Positions 38,760 to 51,700 of a DNA stretch of 64,000 nt are shown here, piece by piece; the stretch's first letter is position 1, and every line of letters begins with the position of its first letter. Origin of the DNA: Oopsacas minuta (taxonomy: Eukaryota; Animalia; Porifera). The notes beneath the pieces were generated by a model that saw only the letters and a program-made list of their open reading frames with translations, was not told the DNA's origin and made no database searches. The stretch is taken from positions 360,620-424,619 of the forward strand of contig JAKMXF010000306.1 of assembly GCA_024704765.1 (NCBI GenBank), written 5' to 3'. A program made the position numbers and the translations under genes.

Positions 38760-40280
38760 AAAAGGTATTTGGGTAAACATCGAAAAGTAAACGACAAGGA
38801 GTGGGAATTACGTTCTATGTTCATAGAAGGCCAGAATGACAAATCGATCTGTGTAATCTGTATTGAGATAGTATCAGAAAAAGTCAGGAAAATTGGAAAG
38901 ACATTCACAGCAAAGCATAAAGATTTTAATGAAAACTATCCTCTAGACTCACATCTAGGAAGTTTGAACAGCTACAATAATCTTAAATTCGAGGAAAATA
39001 TTTTTGTGAAAAGAATTAAACTAGAAACAACTTATAATGACGTATCAGCTGCTCAGATTATTAGTATTGCACTTGGTGAGTGAACATATGTCACTGGCAC
39101 AGCTCAGCTGTGCGTGTTCGTTCGATTCCTAAGAGCCGATTCAGTGATTGATGAAGAGATGTTGCAACTTATATCGTTGCCCACCACTGGAGAAGATATG
39201 ATCAGAGCTCTAGTAAATTGTCTAAAAGTAAAAAATATTTCATTTGACAAAATATCTTCTTTTGCTACTGATGGGGCACAATCTATGGTTGGTTGCCACG
39301 AGGGGCTAGTCGCAATACTGCGTAAAAGTGGATTATTCCCAAATTTTGTAGCTTACCATTAGCTTATTCATCAAGTAGTGCTCTGTGCAAAGTATGCCAA
39401 TATTGGGGATGTAATGTTAACGATTATCAGAATTATCAATTTCATTCGTAACAAGAGCATTGAATAGAAGAATTTCGTTTCCTGATGAATGAAGTGAAAT
39501 CAGAGTATGGTGATCTGCTGGTACATTAGAGGTTAGTGGGCTCTCATGTGGACGGATTCTGGAGAGATTCAGTGCTTGCCTACCACAGATCCTTATATTC
39601 CTAGAGAACAAAAATAAACATGTTCCTCTGATATACCCATTAAAAACCTTCAAAAGTAAATTGGAATATCCTACTGAAATAAGTTTGTCATCTAGTAATG
39701 TTTCAAATACATCTAAAGTATAGTAAGTTGAAACCATTTAAAGATCATTTTTGAAAAGTGTAATGTTACACACTTTCCCAACCTGAAAATACGACAGAAT
39801 ATGAAGGAGTTGATACTGTTGAATTACTAGAAGTTGCAAAGTATATAGGATATATCATTGGAAAATTTGAAATTCGTTTTCAGAATTTCGTGAATGAAAA
39901 AACAAGTAAATTATAGCGCAATCGATTTGAATTAGAAATTGAAGGCCTATAAGATTTGGACACCCAACTTGACAATTAGTTGCCGAAATGGAATTACTAA
40001 CCATTTTGATGAGGATTTGAGGAAAGTTTGTCCCTAGAAAGATTTAAAACAGCTTTACGATTCTGCACTGGATTTTTCGAAAAGATTCCTAAGAATGATC
40101 CCCTAAGAAGACAAAAATGGGAAATAGGAGAATGTCAATGATTCGCACGAAGTATGTTGGCGAACAAGCATTATCAAGGATGCAGAATGTAAAAAGTTCT
40201 AAGAAAAACCGTTTTTTTGATTCTAACTTTAATACTTTGATGATTGCAGCAAAACACATTATACGGGCAATATAACTAGC
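38760..40280 (+). mobile_element. Degenerate hAT (Charlie/SPIN/GTF2IRD2-like) transposase
   Basis: SICVICIEIV, AQLCVFVRF, TTGEDMI, ATDGAQSMVG, YH*LIHQVVLCAK and IINFIR; many stops and frameshifts; termini not identified. Confidence 0.8.
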
Positions 40281-40719
40281 TCTTCAGGAAATGAACAAAT
40301 TTTACACTAGAATATTTTTCGCTTAGTTTCTGCAATCTGAATTTCCAGTAATTGTGCAATGATATATACTAGTAGATATACGATAGAATGTTCAACCACC
40401 AATGAGTAAATAAATTTGGGCAACAGAGGAACCAAGTTTCAGACTGTGAGGGTAAGAAGTGTAGTTTCAGTTTTGACATCACTACAAGACAGGGTAGATA
40501 TTAATCAATGGAATTATAGCTTGAGACTCCTTCATGAATATAGGAGAATATCTCAAATTGGTAACTTCCCTAATTAATCCTTCTGAAAAAACATCGTGAG
40601 AGAAAGTTCAGACTAAATTTATCTTGTTTTGCGACTAATTGAGAGTGGAGATTTGATTCATTGTGATAAATTGGAGGATTTGTGTTAAGAAAATACGAAT
40701 ACATCCTAGTTAAAAATCC

Positions 40720-41150
40720 ATGGGCGAGCATTACCCCTTCTTTACACAAAGTACTCTAACATACTTTCATGATAATTGGAGAATACAATAATGGTAGATG
40801 TTTACAGAAACTCTCTGAAGAACGTTTGGAGGCGTATAATAATTTCGGAAACCGGGAGAAACTTCTTTCACCGCAAGGTTTGCACAGAGGTGCCACAAAC
40901 ATCCAGATTATTCCAAAATCGTCAGTCCAGTTTTCATGCTGATTTAGAATCTCCATCAGAATTTACTAATCTAGAGAATTTGTTCTAAAATTTCTGAATT
41001 TTGATGCGGAATTTTCGAGAACAACAATTTGCAAATTTTGAATGCTCTGCGTCAAGTTACAATCCAATCATTCTTCAGTATTTTAAGTCATTTAGCAGTC
41101 GAACACATTACTGTTCATTGAAATAGATATTATATGATAGTATTGATGTT
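40720..41150 (-). mobile_element. hAT dimerisation-domain fragment
   Basis: Minus-strand APLCKPCGERSFSRF resembles the TxxxxERSFS motif; short and degenerate. Confidence 0.4.
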
Positions 41151-42404
41151 GTGCATATAGTACCCGAATCAGAAAAAAATTGTTCCATGAATACACAAAA
41201 ATTAACATTTGGCTGTTGCAAAAAGTAATATTGAACATCCATAGACTCCACTTAATAGAGCCATCTGTTAACCTTGAGCCACCTGATTAATAGGGTCACT
41301 TGACCATGAACAGAACCATCCCAATGGTTGCAACTTTCTCTACATAATTTATGAGGCTAACTGCTGAATTCTTACTGGTAACTATGTAATCTCAAGTGTA
41401 TGTATATGTATATTTCTCTAACAATTCAAATCAGGGCTAAAATAATATACTATAAATTGATAATTTCATATATCCTCTGGATTTCTCTTCCACAGTGAAC
41501 ACATTCTTTTGGGTCTTGAGGTTGGTTTGGAACACTTTTTGAATGTGACGGACTTGGTTACTCTTGGTATGTGATAAAGCAAATTGATCTAAAATTAGAC
41601 AAGAATACGAACCACTGACTTGACTATATGGTTTCATCCGATAGGGACCGTATACCGCCAAACTGTGCCCAAATATCTACGAAATCTGGGAGATGCTGAT
41701 AGATTTTATGTAGTATCACTGTTGGCTGAAAATCGGAATAATCTTAGAGAAGAGCAAGTTGTCCAACCATGTCTCATATATGCAAGGGCCAATTTTTGTC
41801 AGGATTTCGACAAGCCAGTAGATCTTTGATATCTGCCCACAATCAGAGAACTTCAGGGACCGAATGTTGATGCCTGCTCTGATCCATGGACGTTCTCTCT
41901 CATGGCATGTCGAGCTAAAGAGGTCACATCAATACCTGTAAAGCAAAAACATTGGTTTTGTTTAATGTGGATTGCAACTAATGATTCAAAATCTTCATTA
42001 GAGATATTCACTTGGGGAGGGATCAGTAACTTGTTTATACAAACCCATCCTGCAATGGAGTACAGGTATTGTTAGTGATTTCACTGGAATGGTAATATTC
42101 AGACGAGGGGGAATTCATTATCTTTGAAATGCTTAATCTTTTTGACCAGTTTGAAGTGTTCCATTGCTAGTGTACACATTCTAGGTCCTTCTTTAGAGGA
42201 AATGCTATATCTAGACAGACCATCAATAATCTTTCAAGTCATCGTACACCAAGGGTATGCATTCTGCAAATTATTCTTGGCACCAGCCAAGAATAAGTTG
42301 GATACACTATATATCTCCACTAAAAATAATTTCTTGATACTCAAAAATATCATGCAGATTAGATAACATAAAGTGAGCTTACAGACACCTTAGCTGAGAT
42401 TATT

Positions 42405-45400
42405 GCTGCATAATAAGGGGGGGGGGGCAAGGGCACCATGGCCCTCCCAGAATTATTAATTGGATGAGCATTCAAAATCATCTTAACGAACTTTATGCCT
42501 CTTTATCATGGAAATAAAATTACTAGAAAACAATTCAATCTTTCGATTACTTTTCGACATTTCATTAATGATTTTTTCTGGTTCTTGTTGGATCTCACGT
42601 CCATGGACAGAAATTAAAGCAAGGCGTGTAAACCTTTCTTCTTCCATCGAGTTCGTAAGATATGTTTTTATGAGCTTCAGGGTCGAAAAAGCTTCTTTCA
42701 CTGGTTGCGGAAAATAGCTGGTATTAAGTCTTGATTGTAGTGTACTAATGACAATGAGTCAACAGTGTTTTCAGGAATTGGTTCGCCCTTTCTTTTCTTC
42801 ACGATCCAAATTTGTTCCCATATTATCATCTGTGGCTCGATTTCAGAATAACTAAATGGCATTAATGAGTGCATAGGCTTTATTACTTTTGCAATTCATC
42901 CAAAGGCATTTCCTTCCTTGACTTGTAAGAAGTTTCTGAAGTGTAAAAACCTTTTGCTTGTGATTCAAAGAACCTCAAATTCATCTGTTAATCAGCCACT
43001 AGTAATATTGAATACAAACACATTTTCAATAAAATAACTCCTCTTTTCCAATGAACTCGGGGTTATTGCTTGCATTAGCTCTTGGCAGAGTCACTGACGA
43101 GCAAAAAGTTTCAGAGTTTATTTAGCTTTAGTGTAAACTCTAGTAATCGCACTATCTTGATACATTTCCTTTTCTAAAAGGAAACACATTTTTAATATGT
43201 GAACAAATATCAGCCTCCATTGTTAGTGATTGTAATTGTCTCGAAACCGTGAGAAAAAGAGAATGCATGCCTATACTCCTTCATATTTTCCAGACATAGC
43301 AGTACACCATCCAAATCTGGTCCATAGCATTCTATATACTAAGGTAATGGCACTCTATTGAAACTATGGACCATGGATTGTCATTATCATCGACTTTCAA
43401 AGTATAATGTATTATCCATAGGATGATTCTACTGCGCTCCTTGTTAATTATTAATCATCAGATTAAAAAATTTACCACATCCGGCCTGATTTATTTAATA
43501 TTAGAATATTAGAATATTAGAATATTAAAAGTCAACATAATAGATTTTAATAAGTCAAACCATATATTTAACAGTACAATACGTACATGTAGTATACAAT
43601 AAATAACATAATACATTCTCTTAGTAGTAGTAACAGTAATATATTATACTATCATAAACGTCCAGCTGAACATAGCAAATCGAATAACAATACAATAGCT
43701 TCAGTCTTCGACACAAACTTCTAACAGTAAAATGATCTAAAAAGAACATAGAAAAATTATTTGTATTTTTTAAGCTTACTTAGTATTATCCCTATTTAAA
43801 ACCATAAAATTGTAATTGAGGACTCTCTTCGAGAAAATTATATTTGACCATGTAACACATAATTTCTTCAATATGTCCCGATTCCAAACGCCACAGGAGC
43901 AACAATCATTCCAAACATCAGTATATTTCTCTGAAATGATTGTTATAGAAATGAGTACCAACAAACTATGGGACTATGCAGAATAGAATTTCTTGCTGAG
44001 GGAATCATAGTTATCTATCATCAGAAAGGCTTTATACAAGATAGTAACAGACTTTACTACACAAGAAAAAGGATATTTAAGAGAACCTCGATCTACTAAA
44101 TTAATAAAAGTATATTGAGAACCAACGTCATTGTTAACTTCTAGGAGTCTATCTGTTGTTAAAAGATAGTAACAAGATTGACAAGTACTTGACTTTCTTA
44201 TGTAAGAGAAGACTGCATATCCTGTTATATAGATGAGGCATTCAATCTGAGAAACTTCTAATTCAATGAGCGACGTATCATTCAATATAGTCATATAAGG
44301 TTCTATGTTTTAAACAAAAGACCAGGGTTATGATGTTATAACGTCGAGCATGTTTATCAATGTTTAGATATTTCAACTGATCGAGCAAGATAGTAAGACA
44401 AATTCGTAAAGGAGCCTCAGCGATTTCGAAATATAATTCGGAATCAGTGTGCTCTAATGTATCAAAAGCTTGACCAAGACTATGAATAGAGTTCTCCACA
44501 TGTTGTATCAGAGATGTTGCAGAGGTATTTGTATTAGTACTTGGAGATATTTGAAATAAATCAACTTCCTGTATAATGTTTTCTAATAATCCAATATCAT
44601 TTATTTAGGAAGACGAGAGTTGAATTTTGTTCTTTTCTTTATAAAAAGACTTACAAAATAAACTTTCATCAACAATTATATATCGTTCGATAGTGGAAAC
44701 CTCGTCACAAAAATGAATATTAAGAAATAGCATGTTAGAAGAATCAGGGCGATGGAAAAGCCAACCGTTTGGAGTTCGATCATGTGCAACTTAGATATAA
44801 TACAACTAAGACTCAAATCATGAACTTAGCTTCGGTCTGTTGAAATTCTGCTCAACTTTTCTTTTATACATCCTGCATCCTCTTCTCCTCCTTATCGTCT
44901 AGAGATATCTGTGAAATAAGTTGGACAATTTGGAAAGATGCTAGGAACTGCAAATTTCTTAAGAACAACTTTTTCCTGGGCATCTTGCTCATCTCAACTC
45001 CGTTATCATATTCAATATTCCTCTCGATATCTTCTTCACAGAAATTTATGTATATAGACCTATAAAGATAGAAATAATTATACTATATCACAGACAAATT
45101 TCTAATAACAACTTACCAAAAATCGTTTATTCTCCTCATAGTCTCCTTTCGGTCGATTAATCGCTCGAAACCACTTTTTCACCAGTTTCAACATCAGTAG
45201 GAAAGGAAAAGGTAGGCACATATGAATCACCTTGACTGTGATAATTCGACTTCCAACTAGATACTAGGCATGTCATATTGAATATGCGATGATGCGGTAC
45301 AAATATTGCAGTAATTGGAAGAAACGAAAATATTTACAATAATTATTATGCATTATCAACATTGAATACAAAATTTATGGGTGGGTAAAATATTTTTCAT

Positions 45401-46287
45401 ATTAAGACGTTTAAGACACAAAATTTCAAAAGTAATCGCAAATATTGATGCTAATACATAGTTTGTATGCTGTTACATAGGATTTCTATCCTCATAATGA
45501 ATTATAGAAATTCTTACAGCACTAAAGGCGATTAATTCGCGAGAAGAATACGACTGAATTGGATACTCAAACATGAGCAAAACTGAAGTTTCATAAATCA
45601 GGCAAAATTACACCAAAATATGTTCTAAGGAGTAAGCAGTTGTTGGATTCACATAAATGTTGAAATCAGTTTGATATATTAAGAAATACAAAAGTTATGA
45701 TGTAAAGTAGTCCGATGATAATGACAATCCATGGTCCAAAATTTCGATTGAGTGCCATTGCCTTAGTATATAGAATGCTATGCCTGGTCCTCAAAATTAT
45801 TCAAATCTAATCCAGTAGAAGTACAGAATAAAATGATTGAATTTGCTATTCCTTCTCCTGTGAGATCTGTTACAGTAATAAAGCCAAGAAACACTTCCTT
45901 TAAAAACACTGAACGATCATTCGAAAAACATACCAAACTGAAATTGAGAGCTGGAACAACATCAGATTCATCCGCTAAAAAAGAGAGAATGGTACACTTT
46001 TCTGGACTTTTGAAACGATTCTTTGGACATATCAATGTTCTACAAATATTGATGATCTCGTTCTGGACCATTGGACTCAATATTTAGAATTTGATCCACT
46101 CGAGTCGCGGTGGTGTTTCAATACAATGTCTCCTGCTCTTAGGTGTAATCTTAGTGCAGCACGAAAGTTTCCATCGTTTTCTTTCTGCTCTTCGATATCT
46201 AGTAGCCTAGATTCACCCCTATATCTGCTAAAGGATTACTCCTGTCTACCCATAAAGAGGACAATCGAAGATCAAAATAATCCGCAT
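42405..46287 (-). mobile_element. hAT (ZMYM1/P52rIPK-like) transposase remnant, interrupted by a P element
   Basis: LFMGRQ...NDGNFRAALRL, SPMVQNEII, FLADES, EVFLGF, TGEGIA; resumes after the P insertion with DG.TAMSGKYEGV; ends FSTLKLIKTYLTNSMEEERFTRLALISVH. G-rich end near 42416. Confidence 0.8.
43323..45782 (-). mobile_element. Internally deleted THAP/P element with CATAG termini
   Basis: About 70-bp TIRs CATAGCATTCTATATACTAAGG.AATGGCACTC...GGACCATGGATTGTCATTATCATC; 7-bp TSD (t/c)CTGGTC. THAP remnant (KKWFRAI, VYIHKF, AVPSIFPNCP) with a 57-bp gtaagt..tttatag intron (45060-45116). RRYNIITL runs almost directly into LIYITGY...DRGSLKYP, so the catalytic core is deleted. Confidence 0.85.
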
Positions 46288-48763
46288 CGTGACCTACGTA
46301 ATAATAATGCCTGTTCACTGGAGTAAAAATTTGGACTATGGATGCCGGTTAAGGCCATTAATTGGTATTACAAATATAGATGTATTAGAAGGTATTCATC
46401 CAATTCGTGAATTTAGAAATTGTTCCTGTACGATTTTAAGGACCATGGATTTCGATGAAGGCTTATAAAACACAATTTCTTAGTAACCCATAGTTTGTAT
46501 ACTCTTTTGTGAATCAATCTTTTGCTACATTCGATTTATTTAAAGAATACATTTACGTACTCACAATCCGTTACCCCTTGCCCTCTTGTAGTTATATCTG
46601 AGTAATGCGTTTCTCCATCGCGTTTTATCATGTTTATCGTACATATATACATTTCTTTAATATACATCTCGACCTTTCCTTGTAATATATATATTAATCT
46701 ATTATACTTTCGATTAGCTTGTCATGCCTAATAAGTGTTCAATCCCCGAACTGTGGGATCAGATATCAAAGAAAAACAAAATTCAGCAGAAAGCTATGAC
46801 GTCAGAATATGATATATAGAAACCTTATAGAAATTTGAATGCACCAAATGATTCCTAGCATATGATGACCTTTATGCTGATAATACATTATATATGTCTA
46901 TTTCAAATGAAAGTACCCATTCTTTACTAACTCCCATTTTAAGCCATTGTGTGTAAATCATCTTTTACATTTAAGGACGGAGATAATAGGATCTTATCTA
47001 GAACCTACTGATCCTGGTAAAACTGTTTTCGCATTCATTGTATACAGTTTGTCGAAAAATAGTCAACTATTGTTCGTTTACTTCATTGTGCTAATGCATC
47101 TGCTGTTGAACTATTCCCTATAAACAAAACAGTTAATCAAGATATAGAATCGAAGCCTATAGTCTCTTTGTTCAAGTTTTTTGTACAGCTAATTATCCTA
47201 TTAATGTAAATATCTTGAAGTTATTTTCTCCAAACCGAATCTTAAAACATACATTCCTCACCCTATTGACATAAATTGATCATTGTTTTGCTCTTTGACT
47301 TTGTACACATACTAAAGTCTATCCGTAAGAACTGGCTAAAACAAAAAGATTACGATAAGACTTCTACTTATCCCAATTTTGATCAGATCCACGTTGAAGA
47401 CACTGCAGTTTCTGAAGAGAAACGACAAGTGTACATAAGTGATCAACACGCAGTTGCTAAGTTAGCTTCAAGGTTAACTTCTAAAGTTTGTTGGCCTTCT
47501 ACATTTGAAAGACAGAAGGTTAATTTAGCATTAAGGATATTTAATGGATCAATAGCCGCTGCATTGAATGTTAACAACCAATTGCGATTGCATCTGTGCA
47601 TGGTTTGGAATATCTTCAATATCGATATTGTTGATAAGGGTATTCTTGTAAAAGATGAAATTTACATTCCACCAACCAACAACGATTCTAGATTTAGTTT
47701 TCCCCAACGTGTAGTTAATTGGGCAGATTGTTGGCGGGCAATCCTTAACAAAAATGGTAAAGTAAGTCCAAACATTTATAAGTTTTCGTCACTCTTGCCG
47801 TACACTTCGTCTATTTTTAACAATCTCACTGAAAATTGTGGATATTCGTATGTACTGTCTTCATTTCTGCAAAATGATCCCGTTAAGCATCACTTTGGCT
47901 TATACTGAATGATGTCAGGAATACAATACAACATTAGCCCCTGCCAGATACTTGAAACAGAACGAAGGTTGAAATTGTCCAGAATACTTGAATTAATTTC
48001 AGAAAAACCTGCAGAAGAAATAATTCACTAAAGGACATCTTACAATCATGCTCATCAACTTGTAACCAAGACCCTCCTGTTTCTTTCAACTCTGAAATTT
48101 TCACCCCGATACTAAATGGCCAAGTAGTTCTGTGACCAACGCAATTATTACATTATGGAAATAGTTCTCTGGTATTGAGAATCAAAGAGGCCAATAAGTA
48201 GTTTTGTTACCGATCCATCCAGAAAATTCTCATCCACTAACCAATTACAGTTTTAGAGAATTAACGAGCTGATATATGGAGAGATATGTCCAACAGTTGT
48301 GGTAAACAACCAAATTATTAACCTCTATCTCATCAAATTAAAATATGAATGCTTTGCTACCCTTGAAGTCTGATGTGGAAAACACTCAAAATTGAAGAAA
48401 TTGAAAGCCAAATAGTTCCTATGTATTTTGCCTCCAAACCCAACTCATATTTCTCTAATGTATGACATATTTTATGGTATTCTTGTATTAAAGCAGTGTA
48501 CATTTTCTCGTGTATTGGTTTAATACAAGAATACAATCGACTGTTAAAATTCAGCAATCTTTTATCTAGGTATAACATGTATTATTATATAATCAATGGA
48601 CTTCCAACAGCATTCATGGTCCTTAAAATCGTACAAGAACAATTTCTAAGGTCATGATTTGGATGAATATAATTTAATATACATCATTATTTCTAATAAA
48701 AATTAATGGTCACGGTCCAAATTATCACTCCAGTAAACAGGCCTTGATATAACTTAGGTCACG
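46288..48763 (+). mobile_element. Degenerate THAP/P element, sister of 56848-60474
   Basis: Ends CGTGACCTACG... and ...AGGTCACG; flanks TCCGCAT and TCAGCAT. ORF 47276-47908 (LFDFVHILKSIRKNWL, RQKVNLALRIF, SSFLQNDPVKHHFG) is colinear with the long copy; deletions remove most of THAP and the middle. Confidence 0.88.
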
Positions 48764-49879
48764 TCAGCATATATTATCAGATAATATTCAAAAGGCCGGA
48801 ATATCGAGTGAAAATGTGCTATAAATTAACAGTAAATAGCAACCTATATGGTACCCGAAACAGTACCATTTCAGAATTAGCCCTGCTGAATGCCTACAAA
48901 ATCACTCATCAAGTAGGAAATCTCATTTCATAAGCGTGAAATAAGCGAATTTCAATCCCAGTATTAAGATTTTGAAGGGTCTGGATGGACTCAATTCTCA
49001 AACTGAGGATTTAGTGAATTTAAATATTCTGGAACAAAAACATGAATATTATTCTGAGGCTCTTAATATTGACGAAATTTCTCTAAAAGTGAGATATTGA
49101 AATACTAAGTTCTATTGATGTTGATTCAGAATTGAAAACCTCTGAATTTAATCCTAATGTCATAAAATTGATAAATTTTAAAATCATTGCCGGTGTCTAC
49201 AATATCTGTACCAAATGATGTAATTTATTAACAATCCGTAATATTTATAAATCAAAGTAGGAAAATGTATAAGAGTGAACGAAATTGATTATCAATACTG
49301 AAAACAGCTTACTCTGTAAACAAGGCAAATAGATTGGCCGAAAACATTTGTATGCAGTACTAGAAATAGTTCGAGAATATTCGATGAATTGGTCATAAAT
49401 AGATTGTATACTTATCAAGGTTACATTAATACAATATTAATAATAAGCTACCTCACAAGAATTAAGGCGATTTTTACAAATAAACGGGGCACCGCATATA
49501 ATTTGTAGAATTTTCTGCAACTACTGTAATTATGAAATATAAAAAAACAAACTGATCTGGCAAGTAGAAATATATTTTTCATAGGCCAGCTAATGTGTAC
49601 AATATTGGTGGAAGCAAATCTCTAGGGCAATTTGGAAATATTGAACAAATATCTGATTATAAAGGAAAAGATGATACAAGACTCGCTAGGGAAGTTGTGC
49701 TACTCTGAAATAAACATTTTTAAAATATATTGAAATCGTTTAGAAAAATGTAAGGAAAAATTCGTTCAAAGAACCACCATTGTGGGAAATACGTCTATGA
49801 TTCCGTTCAAGCCACTTTTCTAAGCAAGTGGTCCAATTTCTAAGTTTTGCCCCTCTAAGCAGCATATATATATGCATTG

Positions 49880-50440
49880 ACAACATCCGCTGGACTGTAG
49901 AAGGTAACTCTGCATATCACATTTTCATCCTCGGGAATAGGTAGAGGTCACACAGTGCATGATCTGGTGAATAAAGTGGGTGTGTAATGAGCTGAATGTC
50001 ATTCTCTGCAAAGGTGTCTAATCTTCTTGCAGCTGCAGCTGTGTGCGTGCTTGCATTATCAGGATGTCTAGAGTTGGTCTTCTAACTCGTTTTCGTAGGA
50101 TTGTCTCCCACAGGAAATCTCCAGACAGATTACTGTTTTTACTCTCAGGTTCATATTGGTATATTCAAGTTTCATCAGCCGAAACGTTAACCAATAATTT
50201 AGACTTCCATTATCAAATCTTATGATCATGAACATACCCCATGAACATGACTTTTCAACTCCTCAGTACGAAATACTGGAAATAGGGCGAATATTTGATT
50301 ATGCATAAGATAATATCCCTCAAAGAACTAATTGGCTGGGGTAACATTTTCCTTGGCTAAAACGCTGAAAAGTTTTGAATCACATATTTTCTAGCTTGAC
50401 CACAGTCATTAGATAGTTATGAGCTAGAAATATATTCTAC
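49880..50440 (-). mobile_element. Internally deleted mariner remnant
   Basis: Minus-strand RFDNGS...VSADET*IYQYEPESK followed by remnants of the HDNA and HPPYSPDLAxCDF regions. Confidence 0.55.
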
Positions 50441-50541
50441 TAATAATTGTACTGAATTAACATGAGTTGGAGCAATTCTAATTCCATATTCGAATTCTAT
50501 ACCGTAGGTGAATATTTCACAGAACTATTTATTTGAACATC

Positions 50542-50761
50542 TTGTTGGCTTATTAGAATCCTCATATTTGTGGCAGAAGTGGCACATTGTAAATAAATAT
50601 GTTTCCAAAATCGACTTATTCCAAACTATACAGATATTTTCAAATTTGTTTAGAGAATCTCAAATGATTTTCTTACTGTATTCCATTCTTATTCCAATAT
50701 TTTAGTAGTGTACCACTTCTGCCACTTGTGGCACAAATAAGAAACGCCAATAAGTCAACAA
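50542..50761. repeat. Imperfect inverted repeat (MITE-like)
   Basis: ttgttggcttatt...tatttgtggcagaagtggcacatt versus reverse complement ttgttgacttatt...tatttgtgccacaagtggcagaagtggtacact, around a spacer of about 110 bp. Confidence 0.6.
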
Positions 50762-51700
50762 TGCTTACTCTAATCAGTTCGAAAAATTGATACTGGGGTA
50801 ATACACACCCGTAGATTGCGAATATGCTAACAGAATTGCGCCATCTCATGTGGATTGTGGACAATTGGGAATAGAGTATATTCCTAACTCATTTTCCAAA
50901 TAATGAGAAAAGTGAGGTGAGAGATCATGTAATTCGAAAAATATTCTTCGATAAACTGAGTACATTGTCAACTAACATAGTAAATAGTTCTTTCAATCGA
51001 ATTATCATATGCATATTAAAATATCAGCCGTATTTCACGATATACTATCGTATATTTTATTGTGTGCAAGTCCTCCTGTTCTCTTAGTGTATATTTAACT
51101 ATAGTAGTAGTGAATCTATAAATTAGATAATTCTAGCACATTTCTACTAGACAAAGGGCAAATCAATTAGTAATATAGAAACGGGAATATGGTCAGACGT
51201 AAATTATGGTTCTCAAAACTTTCTTAGCGAAAACTTTCAAATATCATGGGCACATCTAGAGGACACTACGAGCACAAATGGTAAATTTGGAATCTGAGAA
51301 AACATGAAGTTATCAAAGCTGGATTATCATTTTCAGGGATTGCTTCGACAATTACGAATGAACGAAATGAAGGTATCAATTTCCCGAAATTATATCATTA
51401 CATATACATCATATTTGTTAATGAACAATGCATATAAGGTTCTGAAAATTTAGCAAAAATATTTTCGTACAAAGCCTACTATACATAAAGCCTATTCACT
51501 CCAATAAACCAGGGATAACTGGGAGTCGAGTTGTATAAATTTTAAATTTCAAAATTCACTGATTAATAATAGTTATTATCTCCACAGACAGATTAGATAC
51601 TAAGTACATGTAACAAAAAATCTAAATATATAAGAATACTACTTAAAGATGTGATTACTTTGAACTAAACCTCAATATTTTCCTTTCAGAATGGATATTG

